Assembly (NCBI RefSeq): GCF_006345805.1
Contig: NC_042997.1
Coordinates: 73,656,001-73,720,000, forward strand
DNA: 64,000 nt
Reading direction: 5' to 3'
Source of the DNA: Octopus sinensis
Lineage: Eukaryota
This document shows positions 26,788 through 40,010 of the stretch, piece after piece. Position 1 is the first letter of the stretch. The number at the start of each line of letters is the position of its first letter. A program made the translations under genes and the position numbers. The notes beneath the pieces are model-generated. The model was given only the letters and a program-made list of their open reading frames with translations. It made no database searches and had not been told where the DNA came from.

Positions 26788-29700
26788 GGAGCATGCAACA
26801 TCAACTATATAACGCGTGTGGTGCACCTTGTCCACAATCACTAGGTCCGGCGGTCTGTTATGCTCTAGCACCTGATCTGTTCGGATTGGGAAATCCCACA
26901 GGATTTTGCTTGTCTCTGACTCCGTCACTCTCTACAGTTTGTGCTCATGCCACATCTTGCCTCTCTCTAGCCCCCACTTTTCGCACAGTTTCCTATGTAG
27001 CACTTTCGCTACCTGGTAGTGTCGCCACAGCTTGTAGTGGTTTTAGGGAAGTCTAGTACATTCGTTCGTAATGTGAGCAGATGCGGCACAGCGAAGACAC
27101 TTGCTCATTCTTAAGGTTGACACTCAAATTCGTGGCCAAAGCTCGGTCTTGCGCTGCTAGTATAGCGTTCTTAGTCTATTTTTATAGGACTCCTTTGATC
27201 AGCCAATCCCACCTGCTTTTTCCAGCAACTTCTGTTGTGGATATATAGAATTGACTGTGTAGTCCCGTGTTGCATAATTCTTGTTCACGTCCTTTTTGTA
27301 CTTCTTTTGTTATCCTTTTTTCTCTGATTTCAGTACTCGTTCCTAACTGTCACTAGCAAGGTTTTCTTACTTTGGGCTAAGTATCTCATTAAGCTTTCAA
27401 GTTCGATACGCACGCAGACATCCACACTTATCAATCCCCTTCCTCCATTTACCCTCTTCATGTATAGGCGATTTACATGTGGATGACGGACTTAATGCAT
27501 CGTCAAAAGCTTTCTTGACTTCCTGTCCATCGCCTTTAGCTCCTCGTCTGTCCACTTCAGGATTCCAGCGACATACTGAACTACTGCGACTTCGCGCGAG
27601 TTTATCACCGAAATTATGTTTTGAGGCCAATATTTTTCTCACTCGCCGCAGGTACTCTCTTTTTGTCTTTTCCTTCGTGTCGTGATGCTTGATTCCATCT
27701 GCCTCAATTATTCCCAGATATTTATAGCTGGATTGAGGCTAAATTGCTTTCATCATTTCATCACATGGCAACCATATGCCTTCTGTCCTGGAAAGCTTTC
27801 CTCGTCTCATCACCATCGTAGCACATTTTGAGGGTCCAAACTTCATATTGATATCATTGGAGAAAATCCATACAGACTAGCCTGTTCAGTTCTTCCTCAC
27901 TTTTTGTGAATAGCTTTAGGTCGTTCATGAGTAGCAAGCGGATCAGTTTTCCCTTACTTCTTCCCAGATCATACCCCAACTTTACTTTCTGTAGTATTTC
28001 ACTCAAGAGGATCATTCCCAGCACGAATATCAGTGGGAATACATTGTCCCTCTGCAAGATTCCTTTCTCGATTTTCACCTCTCCTAGTACTTGCGTCACT
28101 GCTGTCAGTTCCGTTCTCCAGCATTTCATGATATTCCATATGAGGATTCTCATATTCTCTGCTACTCCATACATTTCCATTGTTCTTATTATTCAGGAGT
28201 ACAGTATCATATTGTATGATTTGCGATAGTCAACCCATGCGATGTACAAGTTTGTATGCCTTCTCTTGCAGTTCCTGATAATTAGATTATCAATTAAGAG
28301 CTGATCCTTCGCTCTCCAGTTCCTTGTTATGCACCCTTTCTGTTCAATGGGTAGTAGCCCACTTTTTTCCAAGTATCTGTACAATTCACCGGCCAAACGC
28401 CTGACATTAGATTCCATATTAGCGGAAGGCATGTTATTTGTCTGAGGTTGGGTGCAACATTTCCCTTTTCAGGATCCTTGGAACATAACAATGTCTTTCC
28501 CTTTGTTATCCAGCTGGATACTGCGCCTTACTGCAAGCACTCATCTAGCTGTTATGCTATCCTTTCATGGAGCCCTCTCAGCTTCTTCATCCAATAACCT
28601 TGGACACCAACCGGTCCATGGGAATTTTCTTAATTGCTTTTTTTATCATTACTGTAGCTATGTTAATGTCTTCTTTCTTAACCTATCTTGGATTTCATGC
28701 AGCCTCTCCGTTTCATCAATATGTTCCACAGGCTGGTCCTAGATCCCTCTCAAGAATTCTTTACTTTCATTTGCATCTGGTATCATTGTTATATGTATTT
28801 GCCCATCTAGTTCTTGAAACAATTTCTTCTGAATTGCTTCAAACAATCTGTTTGGTCTGAACTGTCTTTTTTCTATTGTCATATCTTTCTAGTTTTGCTT
28901 TGATTATTACTATTCTCTGTTTCAATTCTTCCAGTATCACATCATAACTTTTTTCTATATGTTCACATCATAATTTCTTATTCTATATGTTCGTTTCAGT
29001 GTTATTCTTAGGATTTCATTCTGCAATTCCCCTTTGCTCAATCAATCAACTTGTCGTGAATGTCTTTTTAACCTTGTTTCTCACAAATTCGTCCACGCCA
29101 GTATGGTTCTTTACCTTCTGTTTGTTCTTTTCTTTTGTATCCAACTCTGTCTGCAGTAACCATAGCTGCAGCCCCAATAATTTTGTTAGTTTCAGTTATA
29201 TTTCTCCTCTAGAATAGCCCAAAAACCGATTCTATCTTTTCGGTTTCAACTTTAAGTTTGCATCGATCAATGTACCTCAGAATGTGTGGTGCTTGATCCT
29301 GGTCTTCTCTAATATATCAGTACAGCGTCCTCACTATAGTTTGTTGGTCATCGCATTTACCTTTGCACTTTGCTCTACATCTTCACTGACGCCTTTCACT
29401 TTTCAGTTCTCACTGGGAACGTTATTCACTGGTGAAGTATTATTTCTATATTATACTTATCTTTTTATCTCGTCTATTCCTATGCCTGTTAACCACCATT
29501 TTCCCCTTATTGCTCTTGTCTGGTCGGCTAATTGTTGTTCACCTTTTTCGAAGAGTCCTATCTCATTCCATTTTGCTTTCATTCGTTGTCGGAATCCCAT
29601 TCTGTTGTGTTCACTCCTGATGCGGCATTCAATTATCGTTCGGTTTGTTTCCTTATCCTATCTTCTTCTCTGCTTCTGGCTGTGTTTACAAGCAATCTCT
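26788..29700 (-). pseudogene. R4/Dong-type LINE copy B (N-terminus, RT, RLE; 3' truncated)
   Basis: N-terminus IIECRIRSEHNRMGFRQRM..EQQLADQ; RT LLPIEQKGC..AKDQLLID..AWVDYRKSY, GILQRDNVFPLIF, LLLMNDLKLF; RLE KILWDFPIRTDQVLEHNRPPDLVIVDK..IVDVAC. Confidence 0.88.
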
Positions 29701-29715
29701 GGATGACGACGGGGC

Positions 29716-31675
29716 CAGCGCTGCTCAACGACGTTTATAATAAGAATGATTATTATAAATTTCGAAAGGATGATTACATAAAATGCAAGTGCTTTGCTAA
29801 TGAGACTCTAAAACTGAAAGGAGTGTTTGTATTGACAAATTAGTTAACAGACAGACTTTCAAGGAATAATAATTTTTTGAACGAAAAGTAATTTTTAAAA
29901 AAAAAACAGAATTATATATATCGTAACTTATTATCAAGTACCTTGTCACCATCATATTTGATGTGTATATTTCTGTTATGAAACTAATATTTGATGAAGT
30001 TGTTCAGTAGCACGCACAAAATCTTCCATGAAATTGCAGAGGGTAAACAGAGATATTGACTTCAAGAAAGGGCTTTTTTTCGTTTGACAATTAGTAATTA
30101 ACAGAGTGCGTTAATGAATAACGATACTGCAAAGTTGCGGATTACGATTTTCCCAACATCAGTAGATACAAAATTGTAAAAACCAGAAATTGAAATCTAC
30201 TTTCAAACATTTTACAGTTAATATTTCAGTTAATATATTTCGCTAATTGCTTTGGAAAAACTTGTACATCATACTTTCAACTTTCTACAGAGACTTATTC
30301 TTGTCTTCTGTGCACCATTCCGAAGAGGGTAACCTTTTCTAAGATTTCAAAAATGATGGAGACAGTCATTAATGTACTTCGACATATATGAATCTCTTTC
30401 CCCTTAATGAGTTCGAGTACGACTTCTCTAAATCCAGGTCTCCTAGTATCCTATTATCCAATTTCAGTCATCTGTGGACAGTTGCATTCAAGAGATTTTG
30501 TGAAAAAAAAACCTTCTTGCACTTAATATCTGTAAATCATTTGGTCATATAAAGTGTGCACGTTTTCTTGATAAACTGCCTACCACATCTGTCTCTCTCC
30601 TCAGAGATCACTACAGAGGCGAGTCCCTTACATCACTATTTCCACTCAGATCGTAGTTTCTTTTCTGTCATGTAGTTCTTATTCAGTGTGCTTGTTCTGT
30701 CTGGGCCAGAAGTTAGCAGTTACTTCATCATAATTTAACGTCATCGAGAGTAGTAAGATTTTTAAACTTTTCAATTCAAATACTTTTGATACTCAGCTGC
30801 GACAATATCTTGGTTTGAAATAAACTAACAACTGTAATTTCTTGTAGATGTTGTTTAATGCGTAGCTTTCATCAGTTATTGCAGGTGAATATGAAACCGT
30901 GTAATAAATCTACAAAGTAGTCTGAATATATTGGTTGCTTTTAAGTAGATTGATGTTAAGTTGGTAATACCAATACGTATCCCATATAAAACGTAGGTGT
31001 AACACATACTGAATAGCTTATAAGTGATCTTGCAGCAAGTTTGTTTATGCGTCTGTCAAAACTCAATCTTCATTCAATAAAGCAAAACGAGAATATGTGG
31101 TATGAATTCATAAACTAGAATGTAGATCCCGAAAACAATTTTGAGAAAGACTTGCATGTCATACCTTCATATCTCTCTGTGGAACGTACACGTATCTTAA
31201 AGAACACAGTATATTGCGTGCCATTCCCAATAAGGCAACTTCTTATATACGAATAAATATAGAAGCATGGGCATGAAAATAAATACACATAACACTAGAA
31301 TCAATTAATAATTGAATTGTTATATGAATTTTATTTCAAGAATGGTTAAAAACAATAATTTTTATATGCCCATCAGTTTCCATATCTCTTTATTGAACTG
31401 ACACAACTGCTTCTCAGTTATGTCCTGTTAAAATATTACTTATTGGAAAAGGCGATATTATTCAAAAGGTTCAATGTGGTGCATGAATGCGCCGCAGAGA
31501 GTAAACCATAGATTCTTAACTAAGATTTGAGGCTTTTAAAATATAATTTAAACGGCTTGAAACATATTATTTTGTTTTCCAATATGAGTGATAAAAGCAA
31601 GTTAAGTCATAGTTTTCTGTAGTGTTTTATTTGATCATCATTGTACCACATAGTCAAAAAGATTGAGAACTACTG
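29716..31675 (-). mobile_element. Possible very old hAT DNA transposon
   Basis: Minus-strand start cagtagttctcaatcttttt at 31675 resembles hAT TIRs (CAGTGGTTCTCAACC); weak partner cagcgctgctcaac at 29716; faint EQL..SNISFITEIYTSNM near 29990. No TSD found. Confidence 0.28.
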
Positions 31676-32638
31676 TTCTTTATCGAAACGAAAGCAATAA
31701 ACTACTTAACAGTTGTCGTGTCGACAAATCCGTGATATTCTTTTCCCTGTGATTCTTTGATATCACAAATGATCATTTAATTGATAGATAAGATGTAATT
31801 TTATAATATTCGTTTAAGCGTTTGATATACATTTCCAATGTAAATGTTGCAATTTACAAAACATTTTTAGCAATCATATTGACAGAGCAGATAGAAAGGA
31901 TTTCGTGCACATCAAATTTCTTTAAGTTAATTCATAGATGCAATCTGCCATCTGAATTATTTCATTTCTGTACAAGTATGATTTTATACAACAAACGCAC
32001 AATCTTCTGTATTTACTCTGTCAATATGAAGGCCAGAATAAGACCCAGACATTCTGTATATGTTCGTTGTATCTAAAGGCTGAAAATGAAAGTAACTAGG
32101 CTAATTATTGATAGTTGTCTAACAATTTTTCTTCATTACCTGCATCTATATAATTGGCTTTTTAATTTCCCATTATCACCTACTAAGCTATTTCTCAAAA
32201 TTATTCACATAACATTTTAAGACCTGGAAATTACCACTTCTGCAAATAGATTCTTGAAATGAATTTTGGAAATTAAGATATTTTCTGATAAAATCTAATT
32301 ATGTATCCCATAAGCCCAAATTTTCAGCAATTAAAAAGTAAAGCTTTTTTGAGTATTAATCCTGCGTGGCGCAGATATCTCCTCTCAAGAAGTGCTTGTA
32401 CTCTTCTTTACAACTTAATTAATCGTCAAATAAAAATGTTACAGATACATAGTATATCTAGTTATTTTTTCTCTCTGTCCTTCCATAGCACTTACATAGC
32501 CTTACCTGCCACCTTGGATCTCCTGGATACCAATACCTCTTATAGGGATATGGGCTCGAGTCCTGAAGCAACTCAGCGTTCGAAAAGTATCCCCTTCTTA
32601 TTTATATCGTACAATATGTGTGTGTGTGTGTGTGTGTG

Positions 32639-32671
<33 letters not shown>

Positions 32672-32694
32672 CATATATATACATAGCACCGCCA

Positions 32695-32936
32695 TTAGTC
32701 AAAGAAATCGACCCCAGGATTTATCCTTTGTAAGCCTAGTTCTTTTTCTATCGGTGTGTTTTGCCGAACGGCTAAGTAACGGGGACGTAAACACACCAGC
32801 ATCGGTTGTCAAGCGATGATGGGGCACAAACACAGACACATACACACAAATATACACATATATCCGACAGCAGTCTTCTTTCAGCTTCCGTGTACGAAAT
32901 CCACTCAGAAGGCTTTGGTGGGCCTTAGGCTATAGT
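32695..32936 (-). mobile_element. SINE family A, central and 3' part
   Basis: Reverse complement of gatttcgtacacggaagctgaaagaag..cgcttgacaaccgatgctggtgtgtttacgtccccg..tcctggggtcgattt. Confidence 0.85.
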
Positions 32937-32939
32937 ATC

Positions 32940-32941
32940 TA

Positions 32942-33005
<64 letters not shown>

Positions 33006-33009
33006 ACAC

Positions 33010-33065
<56 letters not shown>

Positions 33066-33078
33066 TATAGATATTATG

Positions 33079-33109
<31 letters not shown>

Positions 33110-33127
33110 ATTATATATATATATATA

Positions 33128-33186
<59 letters not shown>

Positions 33187-33219
33187 TTATAATATATGCA
33201 TATATAGATATATATATAG

Positions 33220-33279
<60 letters not shown>

Positions 33280-33338
33280 TATATATACTATATATATATA
33301 ATATATATATATATATAATATATATATATATATAATAT

Positions 33339-33385
<47 letters not shown>
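32940..33385. repeat. Long (CT)n/(TA)n/(TAGA)n compound microsatellite
   Basis: Directly visible; source of the YI-repeat ORFs. Confidence 0.95.
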
Positions 33386-33387
<2 letters not shown>

Positions 33388-33559
33388 GGAACGGTCATCA
33401 GTCGTTCCGGTTGGTAGATTCCCTTGAAGGATCATTTTTGCTGTATTTGCTGAAATTCGGTTTTGATTGGTCTAGAGTTAGATGACGTTAGGAACTGTTG
33501 TTTGTCAAATTTGACTCTCCTTAGAAGTCGATATTTTTCTTTTAATTATTATATATTTA

Positions 33560-34390
33560 TTACCACCTCCCCTTTTTTTCATTTAATTCCCCGGCAGAAA
33601 TTGGAATCATTTTTTCGTTTTGGCTCTACTTCCTAGTCGATGTACGCATTGGTTCGACAATTCCTTCAGGTACCTGGACATCAAAAATGTCATAAGGACA
33701 TGGGTGTTTATCGTTAATAATTTCGCACATTCCTCCTCGACTTGTAACTGTAAATACACCTCCAACAAGACCAACTTTGAAAAGATTTACATCCATTGCG
33801 TTTCGCAAAAATTTCCTCCGGACTGTATTATCCTGTAGTCGTTCTTCCGTTATCTCAGCCATGTTGACAATACTTTTTTCTCGAATGTTTTTCGTTCGGC
33901 CTGTTTTGTCTCACCCTGCAATGTGAATTCTTATGTCTTATTTTTCCGCATCTAAAAGATAAAAAATTTTTTGAAGGATAGTTTCTTTTAAAATGTATTT
34001 CTCCATACCCATTGCATGGCTTGGATCTTGACAGTTGTTTTTCTTTTTTCTTATCTGTTACAAGTCGGCACGTATGCATATCTGAATAATCTTTTTCGAT
34101 CTTTTCTGCGTCCTATCATAAATTTATAATCCTTTGGCATTCTTCAGTTGAATTAGCAACTCCGCTTGCCGAAAACGAACTTGAAGTGTTGTTGGACTGC
34201 AACAATAATGCCAACAACTGTTGATTTTGCTGTTGTTGTTGCTGATTTAGTTGCTATTGTACCTGCTGCTGTTTCTGTTGTTCTTGTTGTTTTTGCAGTT
34301 GCCGTTGCAACTGTAACACGGAAGCTTGTAGGTCTTCAATGCTAAAAACGTCCACAGCGAGCTTCGGATGTCTCGTCCCTACTTTTATAT
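33560..34390 (-). mobile_element. Internally collapsed Ty3/Gypsy LTR retrotransposon
   Basis: In order: PBS-like tagggacgag (about 34375-34384); Gln-rich gag start QQQQNQQLLALL..VANS; paired knuckles CNGYGEIHFKRNYP / SFRCGKIRHKNSHC; RT piece SPEEIFAKRNGCK.FSKL..EVYLQLQVEEECAKLLTINTH; pol-end MRTSTRK; purine tract aaaaaaagggagg then TG. Confidence 0.65.
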
Positions 34391-34392
34391 CC

Positions 34393-34464
34393 TTGATTTT
34401 GGAAATTGACTACACTGTAACAGTGTTATAACACTGTTACAGTGTAGTCAATTTCCAAAATCAA
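34393..34464. repeat. Perfect 72-bp palindrome with no spacer
   Basis: TTGATTTTGGAAATTGACTACACTGTAACAGTGTTA|TAACACTGTTACAGTGTAGTCAATTTCCAAAATCAA; two 36-bp arms checked base by base. Confidence 0.97.
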
Positions 34465-34569
34465 AAATACTCAGTAACAAACACGTAACAAATTTATACC
34501 TCTTCGCAACGACTTCTACGACTGCCTTCACAAATGAAACTGCATACACTACACTGTATGTCGCACTGT

Positions 34570-36002
34570 CAGTAAGCATGCGATTTTATACGGTTTAGGA
34601 CAAATCACTTACTATCCTACAGGGGTGTCAGGATTTTACCGCAATAGGTCCCTTGTTCTCTCAGCATCTTCCACAGTTTTCTTCAAAAGATCGTCATCTT
34701 GCAATAATCCCCGCTTTGAATGACAGAAGTATATTTCCTTCATGAGTCTTCAATGAATCAAAGGATACTGGCCACTTTATGTGATGTCGAAGAAGCCTCA
34801 AATAGTATACACTCTACAGTATACACTGAACAGTATACACTCTGCCCAGATCATTGGCTTCCAAAATATCTGGATGCTCTAGCATTGGTCTCCCCTTCTT
34901 CCGTTTTTGCCATATCTTGTCAGTAGAATCTTAGAATATCGGCATAGAAGATTGATTTTGCAAATGGTTCATGTCTGCAAAGCTCCATGAATTCTATCAA
35001 AATTGTCCATGCCATATCATTCAATTGCACATCACCATTCTCACGCAAGAAAACTTTTTGCTGATCTCAAAGGTGCACTTGACGGCGAGCAACAGGTGAA
35101 TTTCTTGAGTGAATTGGGACACCAAGGATAGATACAGCGGCCTCCGAGGGCCCAATATATCTGCCTGTCAAATACTGTGTGATTTCATCAGGTCTATTCA
35201 TTCCAAAGATGGCTTGATCGCCTCCTTTCATGGGGTACTTTATAACATGTTTGGTAGTTTTATAGATGAGCCTATTTCTATAATGAGATGGCATTTGAAT
35301 TGCGCACAATAACTGGGTAATTTAGGGGAGTACTCATTGAAAAGTAACAGGTGGTTTTTGCGTCCTCCTTGAACACCTTCTAATCCACCATTTTTCAAAG
35401 GCCGTCTCCGATTCTTGGAATATGAAATATCATCACACATTGTATGTGCAATGAATAGCTTTGGGTACCTCTTACTACATGTACCATTTTCCCAACATGG
35501 TGATCTGTTATTGCAGTAAGGACCATAGAACATGTGCCTCAATACCAAATAATGCAGTTGTCTTGGTTTTGAGGCAACATCAAGCCAGAGTAAACAGTGC
35601 AAATCACCGCAAAAAGATGTTTCTCTATGTCAGTGTATGTATAAGTCAAAAAGACGCCGTTTTTTTTCTTACAGAGTGATAGAAAGAGAGAGAGAGAGCG
35701 AAGACTATGTGTGTGTATATGTCCCAGATAGCGTACGTGTGTTTGTGTTGATTCCCACACCATGACATTTATTATACGTGCGTGTATTCTGTATGTGTGT
35801 ATGTGTGCTGAAGTCACGGAAGCCCTGTTTTTTTACGTTCAGAAATAACAAAAAAATTCTGTTTAATCGTTTCCAAATATCACAAAACTTCATACTGCAC
35901 TGCATAAAGTATGAAAATATATATATGTAAAAAATTGAGATAGAATATACTGTTTCCGAGATATTTCGGGAACAAACATCTTCTCGAGTTTTAGTATTAT
36001 TT

Positions 36003-36007
<5 letters not shown>
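34570..36007 (-). mobile_element. Helitron remnant C: 5' end plus Rep fragment
   Basis: A|TCTATAAATAATAC start at 36007; HMFYGP..SPCWENGTCSKRYPK, IKYPMKGGDQA, DEITQYLTGRYIGPSEAA..L..PIH, GLLQDD at 34.6-35.5 kb. Confidence 0.75.
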
Positions 36008-36075
<68 letters not shown>

Positions 36076-36138
36076 GAGAGATGATGGATGGATGGATGGA
36101 TGGATGGATGGATGGATGGATGGATGGATGGATGGACG
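36003..36138. repeat. (TAGA)n followed by (GGAT)n
   Basis: Directly visible. Confidence 0.95.
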
Positions 36139-36159
36139 GACGGATAAGTATATTTATAT

Positions 36160-36335
36160 TTACAATCCCAGAGTCACAGGTATTGAAAGAATTGGGGATG
36201 AGTATGTACAATGACGCATCATTTTATATGCACATTATCAAGATGGCAACAAAGTGCAGACAAATGGGTGGTTGGATACTGAGGTCCTTCACGACAAGAG
36301 ACCTAGAAATTATGCTGTCCCTGTGGAGAAACGAG
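36160..36335 (+). pseudogene. CR1/L2-type LINE RT fragment
   Basis: [48 protein letters not shown]. Confidence 0.6.
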
Positions 36336-36345
36336 TAAAAGTGTA

Positions 36346-36449
<104 letters not shown>

Positions 36450-36828
36450 ATTTTATTTATTTATACTTTATTAAAAAACAGCAAAAATATCACAAAAACT
36501 GTTTCACGTTCCCGTTCTTCGGACAGTTTTGTGTGGAATGAAAGGAAAATAAGGTTATAAGCAAACATATACAATTAGTTTAATGGATACACATTTGAAA
36601 ATGGTTTTGTTTCATTGGTCCTTTCAACTAACGGTCTTTGCAATGACCGGTTGCATGCAATGAACAAATTTCGGTATAAAATCAACTTATTACAATAACT
36701 TTGAGTTACAGTTTTTGTTTTTTTGTTTTTTTGTTTTTGCTGCTTTTTAATAAAGCATATTACTCTACCGCTGGTATTCGAGTACTATTTTTACCACCTT
36801 GTTTCTCAGTTATGTGCATACTCTGGTA

Positions 36829-36927
<99 letters not shown>

Positions 36928-36962
36928 TTATATACATATATTTATATGTATATACTTATATA

Positions 36963-37026
<64 letters not shown>

Positions 37027-37561
37027 GCATACGTAAGGGAAAGAATCTGAAAATGCAGAAGTCTTTTAAAAGTATTTATTAACCGGTTTCATTTATTTTA
37101 AAAGATTTTCAAAAGTGAAGTGTGAGGTCTTGCGTATTCCCTGTGATGTCAAACATTAGTTTACAAAAATGCATTCACATCAAGTGATAGCGTCTTTGAT
37201 AAGGATAAGAAAAGTTTTGAGGCTTTGTATATCCGCTGTGATGAGTCAAAAAATAGTTTACATTGAAACATTCAGATCAGCTAATACAATATTTTTATAA
37301 TGATAAAAAAAAATAGTTTACATGAATTAATTCCGATCAAGTAATAGAGTTTTTGACAAGGAGATAAAATATGTAACTTCTAAGGGTCTTGCGTCTGGCT
37401 GGAGTTTGGCAGTTATAAACAGTTGAAATTCTTCTGTATAAAATCTTCCTTTTATCCAAAAATCATAAATATTAATCCTCACTGAGACATACACATATAC
37501 ACACACTAACAAACAGGTACATACACTTACACACGCACACCGTCCTGATGAACACAGGGGA

Positions 37562-37721
37562 GACGACTGGCTTATCTCAGTTTCCATCTACCAAATCCAC
37601 TCAGAAAGATTTGGTTGGCCCGAGGCTATAATAGAAGACACTTGCCTAAGGTGCCACGCAGTGGGACTAAACCCGTAACCATGTGCTTGGTAAGCAAACT
37701 ACTTACCACACAGCCACTCCT
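37562..37721 (-). mobile_element. SINE family A, 5' half
   Basis: Reverse complement of ggagtggctgtgtggtaagtag..gatttggtagatggaaactgag. Confidence 0.85.
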
Positions 37722-37758
37722 ATATAATGTGTGTGTATGTAGTTATTATATATATTTA

Positions 37759-37802
<44 letters not shown>

Positions 37803-37830
37803 GAGAGAGGAGAGAGAGAGAGAGAGAGAG

Positions 37831-37883
<53 letters not shown>

Positions 37884-37925
37884 GGAAATTCCTTGATACA
37901 GTTATGATATTTGAGGGGAAGATTA

Positions 37926-38247
37926 TTTTCTCAAAGAGTTAAGATTCAGGAAAGAACCTTTTCAGAAAATTGAAAGACACTAACCTTTGGGAAGAGATTT
38001 CACAAAATATCTGTAGACTTTGCTTTTATAAATGCGCAAGCGCTTTCAGTTTTTAACGTTTTCAAGCACGTGTTACTTTCACTATATATAATAACACGTG
38101 CTTGAAAACGTTAAGAACTGAAAACACTTGCACGTTTATAAAAGCAAAGCCTACAGATATTTTGTGAAATCCCTTCCCAAAGGTTAGTGTCTTTCGACTT
38201 TCTGAAAAGGTTCTTTTCTCAATGTTAACGTTAACTCTTTGAGAAAA
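37926..38247. repeat. Foldback element: imperfect inverted arms of about 150 bp, 16-nt spacer
   Basis: 37926-38075 pairs with 38092-38247 (e.g. ttttctcaaagagttaa / ttaactctttgagaaaa; aagcacgtgtta / taacacgtgctt) with scattered mismatches. Confidence 0.9.
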
Positions 38248-38265
38248 AAACTTCTCTCCATATAT

Positions 38266-38298
<33 letters not shown>

Positions 38299-38481
38299 CA
38301 GTCGTAAATAATTTTATTTTATTAGCAAAAGGTTGCCGAAACTATGCATAGTCCAGAAAGGATAGGGTAAACGTTTTTATTTCTCTTTCCATTTCAGAAT
38401 TACAACTATTAGTGGTTTGGAGCTTAACTGCTCTTTCTAGTGAATCGGATGTCCTATTATGGCTATCTTTTATATGTTTGA

Positions 38482-38513
<32 letters not shown>

Positions 38514-38625
38514 GCCTGCTCGCTTAGCCAGCGGGGTGGCGTCATTCGAAGGTTAAAAAAACAATGCGAACGCATTGTGACCAGCGATGTGTAACAACAT
38601 CTGATGGTCTGGTCGGTCACGTGAT

Positions 38626-38656
<31 letters not shown>

Positions 38657-38789
38657 GTTATATAATTATATAGTTATATAGTCATATATGTAGCACAACT
38701 ACATAGTGCTCAAAGTTAATTGGGCTATTGGAATATTGCTTTGTGCCGTTTGTAACTCCGAAGGAAACCGAAGACTCCCCACTGGATAG

Positions 38790-39830
38790 GAGAGTAGCCT
38801 TCATTCCTTCATAACATTCAACATGTTATCAGATATACCAAGCTTTTTCTGAACTCCCCATAGTGCTTACCAGTTAACAGTGTCGAAGTCCTTAGTAGAA
38901 TCAACAATTACCATGAACCACTCTAAATTTTTCTCACGTACTTTCTCCATAACCTGTCGAAGGGAAAAGATTATGATGATAGTGCAACGACTAGAGTGAG
39001 ATCCGCATTGTGATTCTGGATAGATATAATTTACAACGTATTTGATGATCCTATCATGAATGCGTCAACAAGCATCTTGTCAGCAACAGACAGACGTGAT
39101 ATCCCACGATGATTATCACAGACACTTCTGTTTCCTTTTGTTCTTATAAAGATGTTGAACTTAGACATCCTTGAAGTACACGGCCTACCATCCAAATATT
39201 TATAAAGCGGTCATGTAATTTCTTAAAAAACTTCTATTTCAGCGTGCTGTGGAACAGACAGTATGATGTCATCATTAGTGACTGAGATGGAGTTCAACAC
39301 GGCTTCTAAACGATATTTCCATCGTTTCAGGATGTCAGATTTGTTGGTCAACAGTGTCTCTCCATTTGATGAAAAAATAGGAGTAACACCGTGCTCTTGA
39401 AAACCATACATTTTCTTGAGGCCATCATAAAATGCTTAAAATCCTTTCTGTCTGCAGCTTCTTTGAGATCGGTAGCCTTGGAATACCAGCAAGCTTCTTT
39501 CATCTGTCTCAAAGCACGCTGGATCTAGCCTACGCATTTCTTATAAGTATTCTCTTTTCTGGATAAGCTCTTATCATTTATCTATGTTTTGTGAGTGCTG
39601 TGAATTTTATCTATCAACTGTTGGACATCCGTGTTGTTATCATAGAACCAATCTTAATGATTACGAACAGGAAGTCCAAGAACATCTACAGATGCAGAGT
39701 GCATTGCATCATGCACAACTTTCCTAGATGATTCTATGTCATCATTGATATCAACAGTGTTGAGTGCAGTGTTCAACTTGATAGAGAGCTCAGCAGAACA
39801 TTAGAGGCAGAACATTAATGTGCTTAGGCA
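38790..39830 (-). pseudogene. RTE-type LINE remnant (EN-RT linker and RT N-terminus)
   Basis: LRQMKEACWYSKATDLKEAADRKDFK..MYGFQEHGVTPIFSSNGETLLTNKSDILKRW; SVCDNHRGIS; RQVMEKVREK..DSTKDFDTVN. Confidence 0.75.
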
Positions 39831-40010
39831 CTGATGACGTTTGTAGTCTTGTGAGTTTTAGATGGAACTTAGCCTTGAGACAGATGAAAGAAGCTTGCTG
39901 GTATTCCAAGGCTACCGATCTCAAAGAAGCTGCAGACAGAAAGGATTTTAAGCATTTTATGATGGCCTCAAGAAAATGTATGGTTTTCAAGAGCACGGTG
40001 TTACTCCTAT
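39377..40010. repeat. 136-bp identical inverted duplication (39377-39512 / 39875-40010)
   Basis: Arms compared base by base; no mismatch found. Confidence 0.93.
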
